A DNA stretch of 64,000 nucleotides from Podarcis muralis. Its lineage: Eukaryota. Made by a program: the position numbers and the translations under genes. The notes beneath the pieces are model-generated. The model searched no databases. It had not been told where the DNA came from and worked only from the letters and a program-made list of their open reading frames with translations. The stretch spans positions 52,638,001-52,702,000 of the forward strand of contig NC_135661.1 of NCBI RefSeq assembly GCF_964188315.1, in the 5' to 3' direction. Positions 48,400 to 63,766 of this stretch are shown one piece after another (within the stretch, counting starts at the first letter, position 1; each line of letters begins with the position of its first letter).

Positions 48400-48947
48400 C
48401 TGTAAGCATATGACAATTACTTAGAGAATGAAGCATGGATCCTAGTGGTAGAATGCAGCATGTCATGTATATCTATGTTTTTGACACTTAAGACAAAGCA
48501 AACATCAGCTAAAATCCACTCACAGATGGCTGGGACTAATACATATGACTTTATTTGCAAACTTTTAAACAATTTTTTTTTGTAAAAACTTAAAGGGTCA
48601 ATTGTCAGCAGCTGTTGCAGATAAACAGACAGCCTGATATATTGGACTTTAGTGGGAATGTTGCTTTGTTATACAGTATATACCAAGCCCAGGGACACCA
48701 TGAGGGTTTTTTTTTTGGGGGGGGGTGTTTCTCTCATTTTGGTTTAATGTTGTATGTTTCTGTACTTATAATAAAATGCAATTTAAAAAAATTTAAGGTG
48801 TATAGGTGTATTTTACCTCTAGAATTCAGGTGCTAACTTGTGGTTTGCTACAACAGTAAATTTGAATTTGGAACCATGGTATTTCAAGCATTGTCTTTTC
48901 TCATATCATCCTGCTTGCCCAATTTTATCTGCAGTATCCTGCTTTGA

Positions 48948-49304
48948 AGGGACGCGGGTGGCACTGTGGTCTAAACCACAGAGCCTAGGGCTTGCCGATC
49001 AGAAGGTCGGCGGTTCGAATCCCCGTGACGGGGTGAGCTCCCGTTGCTCGGTCCCTGCTCCTGCCCACCTAGCAGTTCGAAAGCACATCAAAGTGCAAGT
49101 AGATAAATAGGTACCACTCCGGCAGGAAGGTAAACGGCGTTTCCGTGTGCTGCTCTGGTTCGCCAGAAGCGGCTTAGTCATGCTGGCCACATGACCTGGA
49201 AGCTGTATGCCGGTTCCCTCGGCCAATAAAGCGAGATGAGCGCCGCAACCCCAGAGTCGTCTGCGACTGGACCTAATGGTCAGAGGTCCCTTTACCTTTA
49301 ACTT
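48948..49304 (+). mobile_element. Full-length Sauria SINE
   Basis: Same head, B box and tail. 13-bp TSD TATCCTGCTTTGA. Confidence 0.88.
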
Positions 49305-49530
49305 TATCCTGCTTTGAGCTCCATTCCACCTAGCTGGAAGATTAAATCTGCAAATGCCTGGAGTGGGTCCATTTCTGGGATGACTCCCAGCCGCTGACCC
49401 CAATCACCTCCTGAAAGAGGCCACCTTAGCACAGTGCTCCAGCATACCCTTTCTTAGGCCTGTGCAAATAAGGTGCCACGGCTGAAGTTAAAGGGCTGTT
49501 CTAGCAAGCATGACTGGGGGTTCGATTTAC

Positions 49531-49574
49531 CTTGCTATAGGTTGTGCAGGTTTCTGTCTGTGAATCGGTGCTAT
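49531..49574 (-). CDS. PHAF1: PHAF1 exon
   Basis: (D)STDSQTETCTTYSK|GTAAAT, 44 nt, phases match both neighbours. Confidence 0.9.
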
Positions 49575-51973
49575 CTGTTTGGAGAAAGAACAGAGAAAAC
49601 GACCTATAAGGCTACATTTCAACAGAAGATCCCACTCCTCCTCTTCCTAATGCCCTTCTGCACCAACAGCATGTTAGGTACTATTCAGTACATGGAAGCA
49701 ACATGGATGTGACACTGAAAGCTAATTCCAAGAGTCTTGGCATATTAGTATTTTCTAAATTTCTATTTCAACAAGACACATGTTTCACTCTTCTACCGCC
49801 CCCGCCCCCCGCAACACTATTTACTTTTAGGGTTTCTAAGAGTAAGAATTACACATCCCCAGGTGAGCCCCCTTCCTTTGTTTCTTTGTGAACTGCTGTT
49901 CTGGGCATGCCTCCTCACTGGAAAGGAGCCATGCCATTAGTTGTTGCTCAGACAGTGACTCAACCAACAGCCTGCTCTGAGGACAGCCCAAACTTCTGAC
50001 TGTTTGTATGAAAGAAATACTGGAGAATTCAAGCACACCCAACAGGGGAGAATTAATCACCCCAGGAAAGGAAAAGTTGAAGCGGGCAAGTGTGGCCCTC
50101 TTAAGGCCCTTCAGTTTTAAGACCTGATGCTGGAGATGTTACATTTTTATATAGACAAGAATATCAAGAGGTGTTGCAACTGGCTGTTCATACACTTAGA
50201 TTTCCCATCAACCTTGGGTGTGTGCTCACAGATGTTAACGGGTGACTAAGAGTACAGCTGTCAGAGGCACCTTTCCTTGCAGTGCCAACTGTATCTGTGA
50301 TCACCAGTTTCATATTACCCATATGAACATGTATCCACAGTGTAAACAGACCAAATGCCACACTTAAAACTCCATGTTATTGCATCACTCCTGAGATAAA
50401 TGTTCAGGTTTTTGCTTGGTACCAAAACAGGTTAAGGTTGGCATGCTGGCCACCTGCCAAGTCAGTGTCTACTGACATCTTAATCTTTGTCCGCAGTCAG
50501 ATATAGTCAAAAGTCCCCCAAAAACATGGCGCTTGAAAAACTTGCCTTGTGTCTACACAGCCAAGTTGCCTCCAAAACCTGACATTTGCTTCTACTTCTT
50601 TTAACAGTTGCTGTTAGTTTGCTTTATGTCTTTATTTCCTTTGTTTAAGGAAAGTAATTGGGGGCTGACCTCAGCGCTCCAAAATAAAAGCCAAGGCAAA
50701 TTGGGACAAGTATAACTCATCTAAAGATGTCTCACATGCCAGCCTGATTCTGAACTTGAATGAGGAGATCAAAATGTTGCCAGCCATAGGCAAAACTCTC
50801 TCGGCCCTTGTTTCCCCAGAAACTACTGGTAACACATATACACAAATCATGACAAGCACCAAGTACAGAAAAACTGACTGAGATTTGTTCTCTTGGAAAG
50901 CAATGACAAGGCTCCTCCGCATAACTCCAAGGAGGACTCCACATCAAAACCTGGAGGCAATTAGAGCTATTCTGCCCTCATGATCATGATATATTTCATA
51001 ATTTCCATGAAAACTCCTTTGAAATAAGAAGCTGATTAATAAATATATCCACAATGAGATAGTTTGAAATAGCATTTGAGAATTTTAGGAAAGGAAAGTT
51101 ATCAGGCATGAGATCAGCCAACTCTCTCTCCTTCCTAGTGCTAACTAAGGTTGCCTGGGAAATGTTTTGACCACAGGTTCATTTCTTTGGGTTAGGAGCC
51201 AAGAGTGAAATCATAGTATTATAATTTTTATTTATCTTTTATTATTATATAATAATCATTATTATTCTTGAAGGAAAAACAGCCTTGCATTTGCTGGTTT
51301 GTGCCACTGATTGCCCCCACGAAAATAAATAATATAACATCTGTACAAAAAGAGCTTCCTGAATCACCCTTACATCATTCTGGTTCCAAGTTCTTTGAAT
51401 GTTTCCAGAGTTTGAACTGAGATTTATTTCACCTACGATACAAATCCCAATTACGTCCTGTTCTAACCACCCCTACATGAATGAGGTTTCCTTCCTGTTC
51501 ATACTCCCAACAACCTGCCAAGGTAGGTTATCACAAACTCTTGCATTTTAAAGAGCCTCAACAGGGAAACACTGTGATATGTCCAAAGCTCAGTCAAGAC
51601 TTCAACCCAGACCTAGTATTCTTGTCCATTGAGTTGCACCGGCATCCTGTAAGTATGTCACATTAAGAACAGATAAATATTTTCTCTTGTATTACAATAA
51701 CACTTTGGGGTGTGAACGCTGGGCAGTGCTGACATCTCTCGGAAGTGCTGCTGCTCAGTTTTCCTCTCCATAAATTGTTTCTTTGTTAACACACCCGCAG
51801 TGTGGGAGAACCTGAATCTGCCGTCCTAATTATCTGACATTGTGCAATTTTGGTCCTGTTCTCACTCTGACTGCTTAGCATATTAATTTTTACCACTAGC
51901 GTGTGTTTAACACCTTCACCCACTCCTATTAAGTCTTTTAACTTTCAGGTTACTTCAGGCACCTCTTTCTTAC

Positions 51974-52017
51974 CTCGTTTAATGGCTAGTGGAATCTTGA
52001 ATTCACAACGATGGTAA
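51974..52017 (-). CDS. PHAF1: PHAF1 exon
   Basis: T + YHRCEFKIPLAIKR + G|GTAAGA, 44 nt. Confidence 0.92.
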
Positions 52018-53428
52018 CTGAAATATTTAAATTGCAGAGTTATTGCGAGAAAGTTCAAGCATAAATGAGGTATACTATTTCAAAAGTAGCCCATTCTAAA
52101 TTAAGCACAATATAATTGCAGATAATAGAAGTTGGCAACCTGACCTGGTCACAGATATATTCTCCACTCTTGTACGGTCTAGTACTTGCTTGAATGTTTA
52201 CCATAGCTTTCTGCCAGCCATACCAGTTTGGCATGAAATTATGCTGCCTAATTGGCAGCAACCAGTGATGCCAGATACCACAGCAAATATGCAGAACACT
52301 GAAAGCTTCCTGACACCAGGTCTTAACTATTTTTTAATCTATTCTAGTATTGTTTACTCTGGCAGCAGCTTTTCAGGATCTTAGGCAGAGGGTTTTCCAC
52401 ATCACTTGTTGCTATGTGATTATTATTTTTTAAACTGGAGGCACTGGGGACTGAAATCATGACGACCTGCATTCAAAGCATGTACGTTTTCTGAGTTATA
52501 GACAACCTCCCACCCAAATGTTAAGCACCCTACCCCAAAGAAGTAATTGCTAGTGGTGCCCATGACACAGAAGCACAGTTTGCTTCTACCACTAGGAGCC
52601 ATGCATTCAGTATTGTGGGCCTATTCTGCAGGACTCCCTCGCAGGTCAGATCAAACAGGTCCCCTCTCTGTGGAACTTCAGGGGTTTGGTGAAGACTTTT
52701 GATTTCAGGAGGCATTTTAAGTACCGTAAGCTTCTGTGATTCTATGGTTAATTTTAATTGATTTTATCATTTGTACCTCTTTTTTAATCCCAATGTACAC
52801 TGCTTAGAAAATACAGTGTTAAGTAGTATATAAATTGAATAAATAAATAAATACAATAATATAATTGTTAATTAAGTTTTCAGATTCCCATGGAGAAATC
52901 TTAAAAATCAGGCATGAATTATGGGTGGATTTTTTTTTTTTTGGGGGGGGGATAAGTTAAGTTTCCTCTTTGGGGGCATAAGATGGGAAATCCAGTCTTA
53001 TGTATGAGCAGAGTGTTACTTCTACACACTACCTTCACTGATCTCCTAAAAAACTGGGTTTTGACAAATTACAGCAACACATCTTGCACAGGGAAAAGAG
53101 GTTCTTGATACCCATTAGTTCCAGGCTCTGCAACAGACAACTACTGTAGTCGAGAAGTGACAACACAGAAACCAAAGAGAAGAATCCAGTATATTTCAGG
53201 GAAAGTAAAATACAGAGAAATCCATGTTTGTTTTAAAGAAGATTCTAACCAGAAAAAGTTGTGGAAATGTGAGTAACATCTGACGAAGGCTTAGAAACCA
53301 GAAAGAGCTTAGGCAGTGCTGGTGGGGATTCAGCATGGTACCGGTTTCTTTGCCTTCTACTTGATGCTCCCTTCCCTTTGCCTTCCAAATTGCAACAGAG
53401 GTTTGGGCAATACAGCTCTTTCTACTCA

Positions 53429-53632
<204 letters not shown>

Positions 53633-54091
53633 TCAGAGAGCAATGATTTCAAGATGTTTTCTTATTTGGTAGCAAGAGGATATATTATTATGCAAAAATC
53701 ACTGTGAAAGCCAAGACCTCCAAGTTCCTGGGACCTGCCCTTACTAATTGGAAAAAAAATTCTCTGCCTTCTCCCATTTGTGTTTAAGATGACAGGCAGT
53801 GGCACTGCCCTTTCTCCAGAACATTGTTTGAGTCTGAAGGATTATGTTTTGATTTTGCAAATGCTGAATATCAAATACAAATAGAATGGGCCCCATGAGA
53901 TACTAATTGTGTTAACGTGTCACTAATCAAACTGACAAAGATAAGAAGATAATTTTCAAATTTCTCAGCAAAGGAGCTCTGAAGGATTTGGACAACATTG
54001 ATTCCTGCATTAACTGATGAACATGGTACAGGCATTATGAAAGTTGTGCACAGATGGAAGCAAAAAAGAAAGAAAAAATCCCTTGTTTTCA

Positions 54092-54256
<165 letters not shown>

Positions 54257-54695
54257 CTAGTTTCATCAATATGCTCCTCTGGTTTGAATGGACTATGTTA
54301 CCTCTATGGCAGAAATGAGAAATTTGTTCTGGTCCAACAACCATTATTGCCACTTGATTACTGGGCATTTTGGGCACATTCAGTGAACACTAACTTGCAT
54401 CACCTGAGTGAAATTGGGGAGATTCCTGTATTCTTTCCCTCCCTTCTTATTTTTCCTGCACATTGGTACCTTGGGGAAATTGAATGGGGCCTCAACATGG
54501 CTCCTGCATACCAGAACATTTTTTTGGGGGGAAATCCCTGCACAAAAAAGTAGATTGTCAGGGAAACTGCTTCTACTCTAGCCTTTTCCTGACATACTAG
54601 TTTTCTGTAGGTGGGAATCTGTTATGATGGAACCTTCCACCATCCTGCATAATCTGAACAGTGAAGTCCAGACATCAGTTTACCATCTAATCTAC

Positions 54696-54734
<39 letters not shown>

Positions 54735-54931
54735 ATACTGTTAGTAAAAACTGGGGTTAGGCAGGATGAGAAGACAACACTCTGTCCTAAAACTGAAGCC
54801 ACAGAGCTTAGAAGCCACAGAGTTAGAAGGTTAACATTTATTAAAGAACTTCCAAGCCTGTAGGGATATTGAAAAGTGTGAACAGTTAATTTTAGTAGCC
54901 TAACACAGAGATAATCTGTGTTAACTTGTTA

Positions 54932-55147
<216 letters not shown>

Positions 55148-56999
55148 TCATCCAGCTCTCATCCAGCTAACCAAAAGGGTGAAACGAGAACAGAAATTGC
55201 ACTGTGGCAGATTTTAGAAGTCTCTCAACAAATAAAAATAAAAATGAGCAACTTCAGAGAGGTGTAACTCAGGATGCAAGTGACACTAGCAGAATCCAAT
55301 TAGAAAAAAATAAAACACTAAATAGAAATGTACAAAACACACTTGCCACATTGGAGCAACTCTCAGAAATAACCTGTGGAAGACCGATTATTCAAATTCA
55401 TGCACACTAGTCCTCCTCAATCTGGTGGCTTCCAGATGTCTTGGACTACAAATACTGAGAGCACCACACTGGGGAAGGCTGGTGCAAATTAGCATGCAGC
55501 TGAAGCATCCATTTTCACCCATTCTGTTCAAGTCCTACTGAAATTAAGAGAAGTTGCACAAGAGCAGAAGTGCTCTTTCTGTGGGGCTGGGGTTGTGCTC
55601 TTTCTTCTTTAGAAATGGCCCAATGCAGTACAATACTATTCATTGCATGAAGTGTGGGTTAAAATTTTAAATAATTTGCAACCAAAGTTATGCACAAGCA
55701 CCCTTCTATAAAAGATACTCTAGATTAATCCATATTTTATCAGGAATGATTGTTACATTTTTACCCCGCCCTATAGGGGCTATAGGCAACACACACACCC
55801 TTTCCCGTTTAACCTCACAATGAAACTATAATAGAGAGCAAGTTAGACTGAGAGTGCGTGTGGCCGTCTCAAGATCACTCAGTGAACTTTGTGGGTTTGA
55901 GTTTCCTGGTCCTAGTCCAATACCCCAGCCATCACAGCAGGTGTGGGTAACCGTGTGACACTCCAGATGCTTCGGGACTATTAACTCTCACCAAGCCTGG
56001 CTGTTCGGAGTCCAACAGCAGTCCACAGACTGCCCACCCCTGTCATACACTTTCATGAACCAGAGTCCACTTCAACAGATGCATTAATGTAATCCTAAAT
56101 TGGCACACATGACTGTGTGGAATGGATAAATTAGGTCCAAGGGAAACAAAATGAAAGAAGGACACACTGTGAAAATTTGCTAAAATCAACATAGTGACAC
56201 TTAATAAGGCCACACTGCTGATAACACCAGCATCTGGGCTTCAGTAAGCTTATTACCACACGAAGTGTAATAAAAATCCACAATCTCTGTTCAAGCCATA
56301 GGTGAAAGTATTTTAAATGTAGTATGCATCTTACATAAATTTAACATGGATCAACATTTTTGTTAATTATGAATCCCCTTTCCATTGTCCTGCTCTCAGA
56401 CTGGGAGTTCTTTAGATACACTGGCATCCAAATGCAGTACATTCACTTTAAAACCGAGTTTTGATATGCATGAGTTAACCCTTCAGTGCACAAAGCTAAT
56501 AATGAGTAGCTAATACATCCAACATCTTTTTCTTTAAATTTCAGGCATATATATATGTTATCTGGACTTCACACTCTACCTTGAAAAACCATTTACAGTT
56601 TCTGGATAATAGCTAACTCCTTCCTACTATTACCAGGATATATGATCCCTGTCCTAGGCAGCTCTCCTTTCGCCTCCTCTGTAAAAATAGAAGCAAATTC
56701 CACTTAAAATTGGCTACAGTTTCATTCATCTTGTAATCAAGACAACCAAAAATCCTTCATTTTGTGACGCTAATCTTCAAGTGAACAGAAGCAAGACTTG
56801 ATGAACTTTTCATTCATTACAGTATCCACAAATAAACTAACATCAAACCTTCAACCAAAGGCTGGATTGAAACACTGCACTCATTTTACCTATTTCTTAG
56901 GTGATTCTGCTGTTCTTCCAAGAAGCTCATGGCAGCCAGGATTGGTGTTATATGCTCAGTCTTGCCCTGGTGAGCAGCCTAGCTGTTAAATTCTGCACC

Positions 57000-57260
57000 A
57001 GCCAAAGTTTCCAAACCACCTTCAGAGACCGCCCCATGTATAGTGCATTGCAGTGATCTAACTTAGAAGTTACCATAGCATAAGGCTATTCCTGTTCAGG
57101 TAGGGACACAGCTGGGCCACCAACCCAAACTGATGCAAGGCACTCCACACCACTAGGCTACCTGAGTCTTAAGCAACAGCAAAGGATCCAGGAATACCCC
57201 CAGGCAGTGTATCTGCTCCTTCAGAGGGAGTGTAATCTATCAAGAGCAAGCAACTTCCCA
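57000..57260 (-). mobile_element. Degraded L2-type LINE fragment
   Basis: Minus strand encodes remnants resembling LGVFLDP...VTSKLDHCNALY, with stops. Other L2 tails near 15965-16330, 20660-20910, 24780-24945 and 52660-52850. Confidence 0.6.
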
Positions 57261-57343
57261 TCCATACAGTCTAGGGAACCATCCACTAGTAGTGCCTCAG
57301 TTTTATCTGGATGGAGCTTCAGTTTGTTGGCTGTCATCTAGTC

Positions 57344-57479
57344 CAGTGTTTCCCAACCTTGTGCCTCCAGCTGTTTTTGAACTACAACTCCCATCATCCC
57401 TGACTAGCAAGACCAGTGGCAAGGGATGATGGGAATTGTAGTCCAAAAACAGCTGGAGGCACAAGGTTGGGAAACACTG
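57344..57479. mobile_element. Palindromic hAT MITE
   Basis: About 58-bp near-perfect inverted arms, perfect TSD ATCTAGTC. Confidence 0.88.
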
Positions 57480-58057
57480 ATCTAGTCCATTACCAAGGCA
57501 AGACACTGGTCCGGCACTTCCACTTCCACGCCTGCAGTTGTAAAGGGGAAGTAGAGTTGTGTGTCATCAGCATATTGCTGACAATGTATTCCAAAACTCT
57601 GGATAACTCCACTCAGGCTTTTGTGTTCATATGAGACTTATGAGCAAACTTGTATGGTTAGCCTCCTCCCCTAGAAACCCCAGATGTCTTCCCAAAACAG
57701 AATCCTTCAAGGGTGGAGCAACATCCCAAATCAGCTTCAAAATATGGTTTCATATCCTGGTTTGGTGGACTCTTGCAAATGATGGTCAGATATATGGTGT
57801 TGGTGTGGCTACAACATGACTTCATAAACCATGGTTTGGGGGTCACATCTGAATTCTAATACACATCTGACTACTGGCTGACTGACTCTTGATCCAGTTT
57901 TAGGCTTCTATGTCTCTATGGTGGTAAAGAGCACCTCCTAATTCCCTTTGCAACCCTGCTAAATCCCTGGGAATCTTTCCACATCTCCCAAAGGTTCTGA
58001 TTGTGAATCTGGTTCATATATAGTTTTGCAGGAATTCTTGCTTGACAGACAGACTTA

Positions 58058-58420
<363 letters not shown>

Positions 58421-59388
58421 TCATGTACAATTAAACAATATGCAGATTAGTGCTAAGCAACACATTGTTTCTGGTTCACTTTTCTATACCAATAACGAGT
58501 GCTATCTGACTAAACAGCCCTAACTCAATAGTGGTGTCACAAACACAACTTACAGATGAAGAAGCAAAAAGATAAGAACTGCATTCTTTAAAGGAACCTC
58601 CTTGACATTTACTAAATTTATGCTAAACAGCCAGCAACAGAACAGAATGCCCATGTTGAAATTTAAATTAAACTACCACACAACAAAGTCCACACTATAA
58701 ACATTTAAATAACTGGATTTCTAACTGGAAGTAACTCTAGGGAGCTTGTTATGGCTGAATTTGAATGCTAAAGCATGGCTGAGAAAGATTAACTATGGCT
58801 AAATTGATAAACTGCATAGGTTGCAATTGACCAGCAAACAAGAATTAGAAACCATAGTTTGCAATAGGTTTGCAAACAATGCTTTGATGAGATGTCTGAA
58901 TTGGTAAACTGGTTATTAACATCATTCTGCCTTCAGAGGCTATTGCATCTTCAGAATAGAGCACTGACCAAATAGAAGCAAATAAGCAGCTATAAACCAT
59001 GGTTTTCGCCTGCACATTTTGAAGATAAAACTATAGTTTGGGTTCAAAAATTGTCTTTACAGATCCTCATGGTTTGAGAAGATGCTTAAATTAAGCTTGG
59101 CTCAATTAACTCTTGAGCATGTTAACCAGCAGGGTTGGTTGGTATGTTTTTAAATACCAGAGTAAGTTATTGTGTGAAGAGGCTCTGTACTTTTAATCTG
59201 GAAATGGACTTGCCTGAAAAAGCTTAAACACAAAATGACAGACTATGTAAATAGCCAAGTAAACTTGAATACTTTAATAAAGCTAAATATAGCCAGCATA
59301 CATAATTATATGCACATAAAATAACACGAGATTTGACTTTCACTATTTATCTATTTGGAGATATTTCCCAAAATATAAGAGCTACTTA

Positions 59389-59496
<108 letters not shown>

Positions 59497-60415
59497 TTAA
59501 ATTAAAATTATATTTGATTGCACAACACATAGTTTTAAGTCCAATAATACTAAATCTTGTACCACATAAAACCAAGTGAGTCAGAATGATCTTCAAAAAC
59601 CAGCAAAACCTTATCTCTCTACATAGCAAAACTAAGATTAAAACCCCCATGACATGTCCTGCAGCAGTTAAAACCCCCATGAAAGAACTTGCAAAAGTCA
59701 CTTGCATGTACATGTACACACACACACAGTGGATCCCATGGCACGCATACTCCACAAACCATTTCTTCTTAGTAGTCTATGAATGTAGCTGATTAACAGA
59801 CATAGACAGCAGGACCCCCCCCCCCACTCATCATCCTTTCTTCCCCCTCGTATTTTGAAAGGGAGATTAATTTCAGCACCTCCTGCTAGGAGGCTAGTTG
59901 TTCATTAAACTTATTCTAACTAGGAATATTACTGTTGTTTTCTTGTCTTGCAGTGCAGTTTGAATTTTAAAAGAAACAATCCATGGTTGGACGCCAATCT
60001 ACGGTATATTGCAGTGGTCCCAGAATGTTAGCCAATTGCAGGGTCCCTAATTTCAGAGGTGTCAGACACTGCAGTGTAGTTATTGCAAAACAGCAATTTT
60101 CATAAAAATTATTTGTGAATCTTGATTTGAAGATTTAGGGAACCTATTGTAAATCCACATGCACTTTGTTCAATTACTGTATTGTTCTGTGTATTGGATG
60201 TCCCCATGTATAGGACATTTTTGGGGACTCCAAATTAAGAAAATGGGGAAAAATTGCCCTAACTTGTTGAAATTTTTTTTTTTGGGGGGGGGGGGGGAGA
60301 GGATTACCCACAGGCTAATAGCTCCGTGTGTCTAACAGGCTGCCTATCAGCTGTTTCCTCGCCAGCAATCGCTGAGCTGGACCCAGGACTCTAAGCGTGG
60401 TCTGACCATGGCGGA

Positions 60416-60650
60416 ATAAAGGTAAAGGGACCCCTGACCATTAGGTCCAGTCTCGGACGACTCTGGGGTTGTGGCGCTCATCTCGCTTTACTGGCCAAGG
60501 GAGCTGGCGTACAGCTTCGGGGTCATGTGACCAGCATGACTAAGCTGCTTCTGGCGAACCAGAGCAGCGCACGGAAACGCTGTTTACCTTACCGACAGAG
60601 CGGTACCTATTTATCTACTTGCACTGGGCGCTTTCGAACTGCTAGGTAGG
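60416..60650 (-). mobile_element. 5'-truncated Sauria SINE
   Basis: Shares the 3' two thirds with the copies at 37157 and 48948. Confidence 0.8.
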
Positions 60651-61102
60651 GAGGAAGAGAGGGACTATTACTTCCCTTGACCAGAACACTATACTTCTGT
60701 TGATGCAGCCTAGAAAAAGCATTCACTTTTTTTTTTTTGCTGCTTTTGTTAACACCGCCAACAGTTTGAAACAACTCTGATTCCAATCTCTGATTTGAGA
60801 TTAAACTATGGTTAGTGGTTAACTATGATAATACCAGTTCAGATATCACAGTAAACCTATAGTTATCACTAAGCAGGAAAAGGCAGAGGGGGGAACAAGT
60901 GGGGTGGAGAGAGGGAGTGTGTGTCAGCCTGCAGGATACTTTTATAGTTTGGAAATCAGTTCCAATGACAGCTGAACTAGGCTTAAAGGGGAAGTAACAT
61001 ATCTCAAAAATCAATAAATTAAGGCACAAAGAGAGTTACAAGTCTTTCAAAACACAGTGACTGCTTTGTTTAACAATGTATTTATTAGCAAAGAAGATTT
61101 CA

Positions 61103-61294
<192 letters not shown>

Positions 61295-63020
61295 CTATGC
61301 CTAAAGTGCTTATGAAACATCTAGCAGCAGTTGGGGCTTCAACCTGTCTAAAGGCAAAAACCCATGGGGTGAACAACAGGGATAATTAATGAGGCCAGAT
61401 AGGAGGTTTTCAAATGCTCAAGTACCAGACAAGATTTTTCTATTCTCATTATTGCTATGGAATTTGTAGGATTGAAAAAAACATAGCAAACCCATCAGGC
61501 ACAGGCTCCATCCTACTTGTTTCTCCCACTTTCCTCACATGGCTTGGTGAAATTGTAGTGTAGCATTATGTGTATATGAAGGACAATGCTAACCATGGGT
61601 TGTTCTTAACCAGGGTTTGTTATTGTTTAACAAACCCTGGTTAGAATGCTAAACCTAGTTAGTGTAAACCTCCATAGCAAAATATTGGGTTGTAGTCAAC
61701 TAGATCCATTAGTCAGGTCAAGTCTACTCTGAGTAGAACTAACAGTGGATACAATTCATTGCTACTATGAGAGGAAGGAGGGCACACGCCTGATATAACC
61801 AGCAATTGTAATGAGGACTGTTGCCTCTGCATGTGGTCTGAAGCAATATCATTATAATCTGATGGTTTTATAATTCTGTTAGCACAGATCTGCTTTTTCG
61901 TCTCATCCCAAACATATTCATATGACACTGATTGCAGACAGATAATACCTGATGACTTGAAGGCGTTTTGAAATAGGCATTGTTTCCTTTGGTGTACTCA
62001 CAGCTTTAGTCAAACAGGATTTTCAAGTTTCTAAAGCACTACTGCAAGTATAGGGAACCTTTTTCAGCCCAAGAACCTCACTGCCTTCTAGGCAATCTTA
62101 TAAGAGTCACATGCCAGTGGTGGATGGGGCCACAGGCAAAAGTGGGCCAAGCAATGACTGTACCTTTGGACAGTAGGCCTGTGTCTACACACACTATTGC
62201 ACCCCTCTCTATCATCCAGCCAGGCAAGCAGGAAGCATTTTCAGAGTTCAAGGACACATTACAGCCAAGCAAAACCACCCAAGGAGGATGTACAGCAAGG
62301 CCACTGACTGGCATAGCCTAGGAAAAGAGGGAGTATAGAGAGGCAGATAGAGAGGCTGGGGAGTTGGAGTTGCATTGGGTTCCTGGGCCTGAGGTTCCCC
62401 ACTACAGCTACCTGAAAAACCTGCTTGACTAGAGAATAGAACAGAGCCAGAGAAAAAAAATTAACGAAACATAAAGCATAAATTCCACGGGAGACAAAAG
62501 TCAAAATTCTTACCATGAATTTCTACTGGCAGGGGTTATTGGAGGGCAGTCAGTAGTCTGGGATGGCTCTTCCCACTGACTGGACAGGCAGGGTCCCAAA
62601 ATGATGATCCTACCCAGAGGAGGGTCCATCCCACTCACACCAGACCAGCCAGCACAGAAAGAATGACCCATCATACCACATGGACTCTATCCACATAGGA
62701 GGATACCAGTTCCAACAGGTCCAGGTCCAGAAGACTAACACAAGAAAAAACAGGCCAAGGGGCAAACAGGGAACCTTTTCAAGAGCCCTATTGCCTCCCT
62801 GAGCCTCCTAGAGATGGTTGAGGATGAGGAAGAAACCTTCTGCCTAGCCCTTACCCATCAAAGGAAACAAATATGGCCTCAGACTTCAGGAAGGCCAAAG
62901 TCCTATCCAAGCAGAAACATCCAGAGTGCCAGGACCATTCCTTGGTTGACAATAGAGTAGGACAAAATTAAGGAAGAACCACTTTTTGAGCTCTGTGAAA
63001 GATGGTCTTAACCTTTAGGA

Positions 63021-63199
63021 CAGGCATGTCCAAAGTCCATTGGGGGGGGGCCTAATCCGGCTCGCTGGTCAGTTTAATCTGGCCCCCACAGGCAGTTCTT
63101 CCCCGTGGTTCTAAAAAAAGGTCTATAACTTTGGTCGGCCCTCTTGCATGTTCACTTCATCAAATCTTACCCTCTTTGAAAAAAGTTTGGACATCCCTG
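63021..63199. mobile_element. hAT MITE
   Basis: TIRs CAGGCATGTCCAAA / TTTGGACATCCCTG, perfect TSD CTTTAGGA. Confidence 0.85.
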
Positions 63200-63586
63200 C
63201 TTTAGGACAAAGGTCATATCAGGCTGAAGTACCACCTTGTCTGATAAGAGTAGGATCATAGTTTGGGATCCTTGGGCAGGATCATAGTTTGGGACCCTGC
63301 CTGTCCAGCCAGTGGGGAGAGCCATCCCAGACCGCCTTCCAGGAACCTCTGGCAATATAAGCAAATCAACCATAAGCACCAATGGTTCTATCATACAATT
63401 TTTTTTTCAGCTCTCTGAAAATATATATATTGTCAGTCTCATGCCTCTACTAACTCATTAGCAGCTTTTTTAGCACACTTGGCAAGATAGATCATGAAGC
63501 ACATAGAAAGCTAAAACCAAGTTTAAGCCTCCTTCATAAACAAATAATCCCATGTGAATGAGATCCTTTGGTCTATCTGACTTTCA

Positions 63587-63766
<180 letters not shown>

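Noticed and set aside
54901-54923. 9-bp perfect hairpin TAACACAGA-GATAA-TCTGTGTTA near a weak PHAF1 donor
   Set aside because: Too short to distinguish from chance without conservation data.
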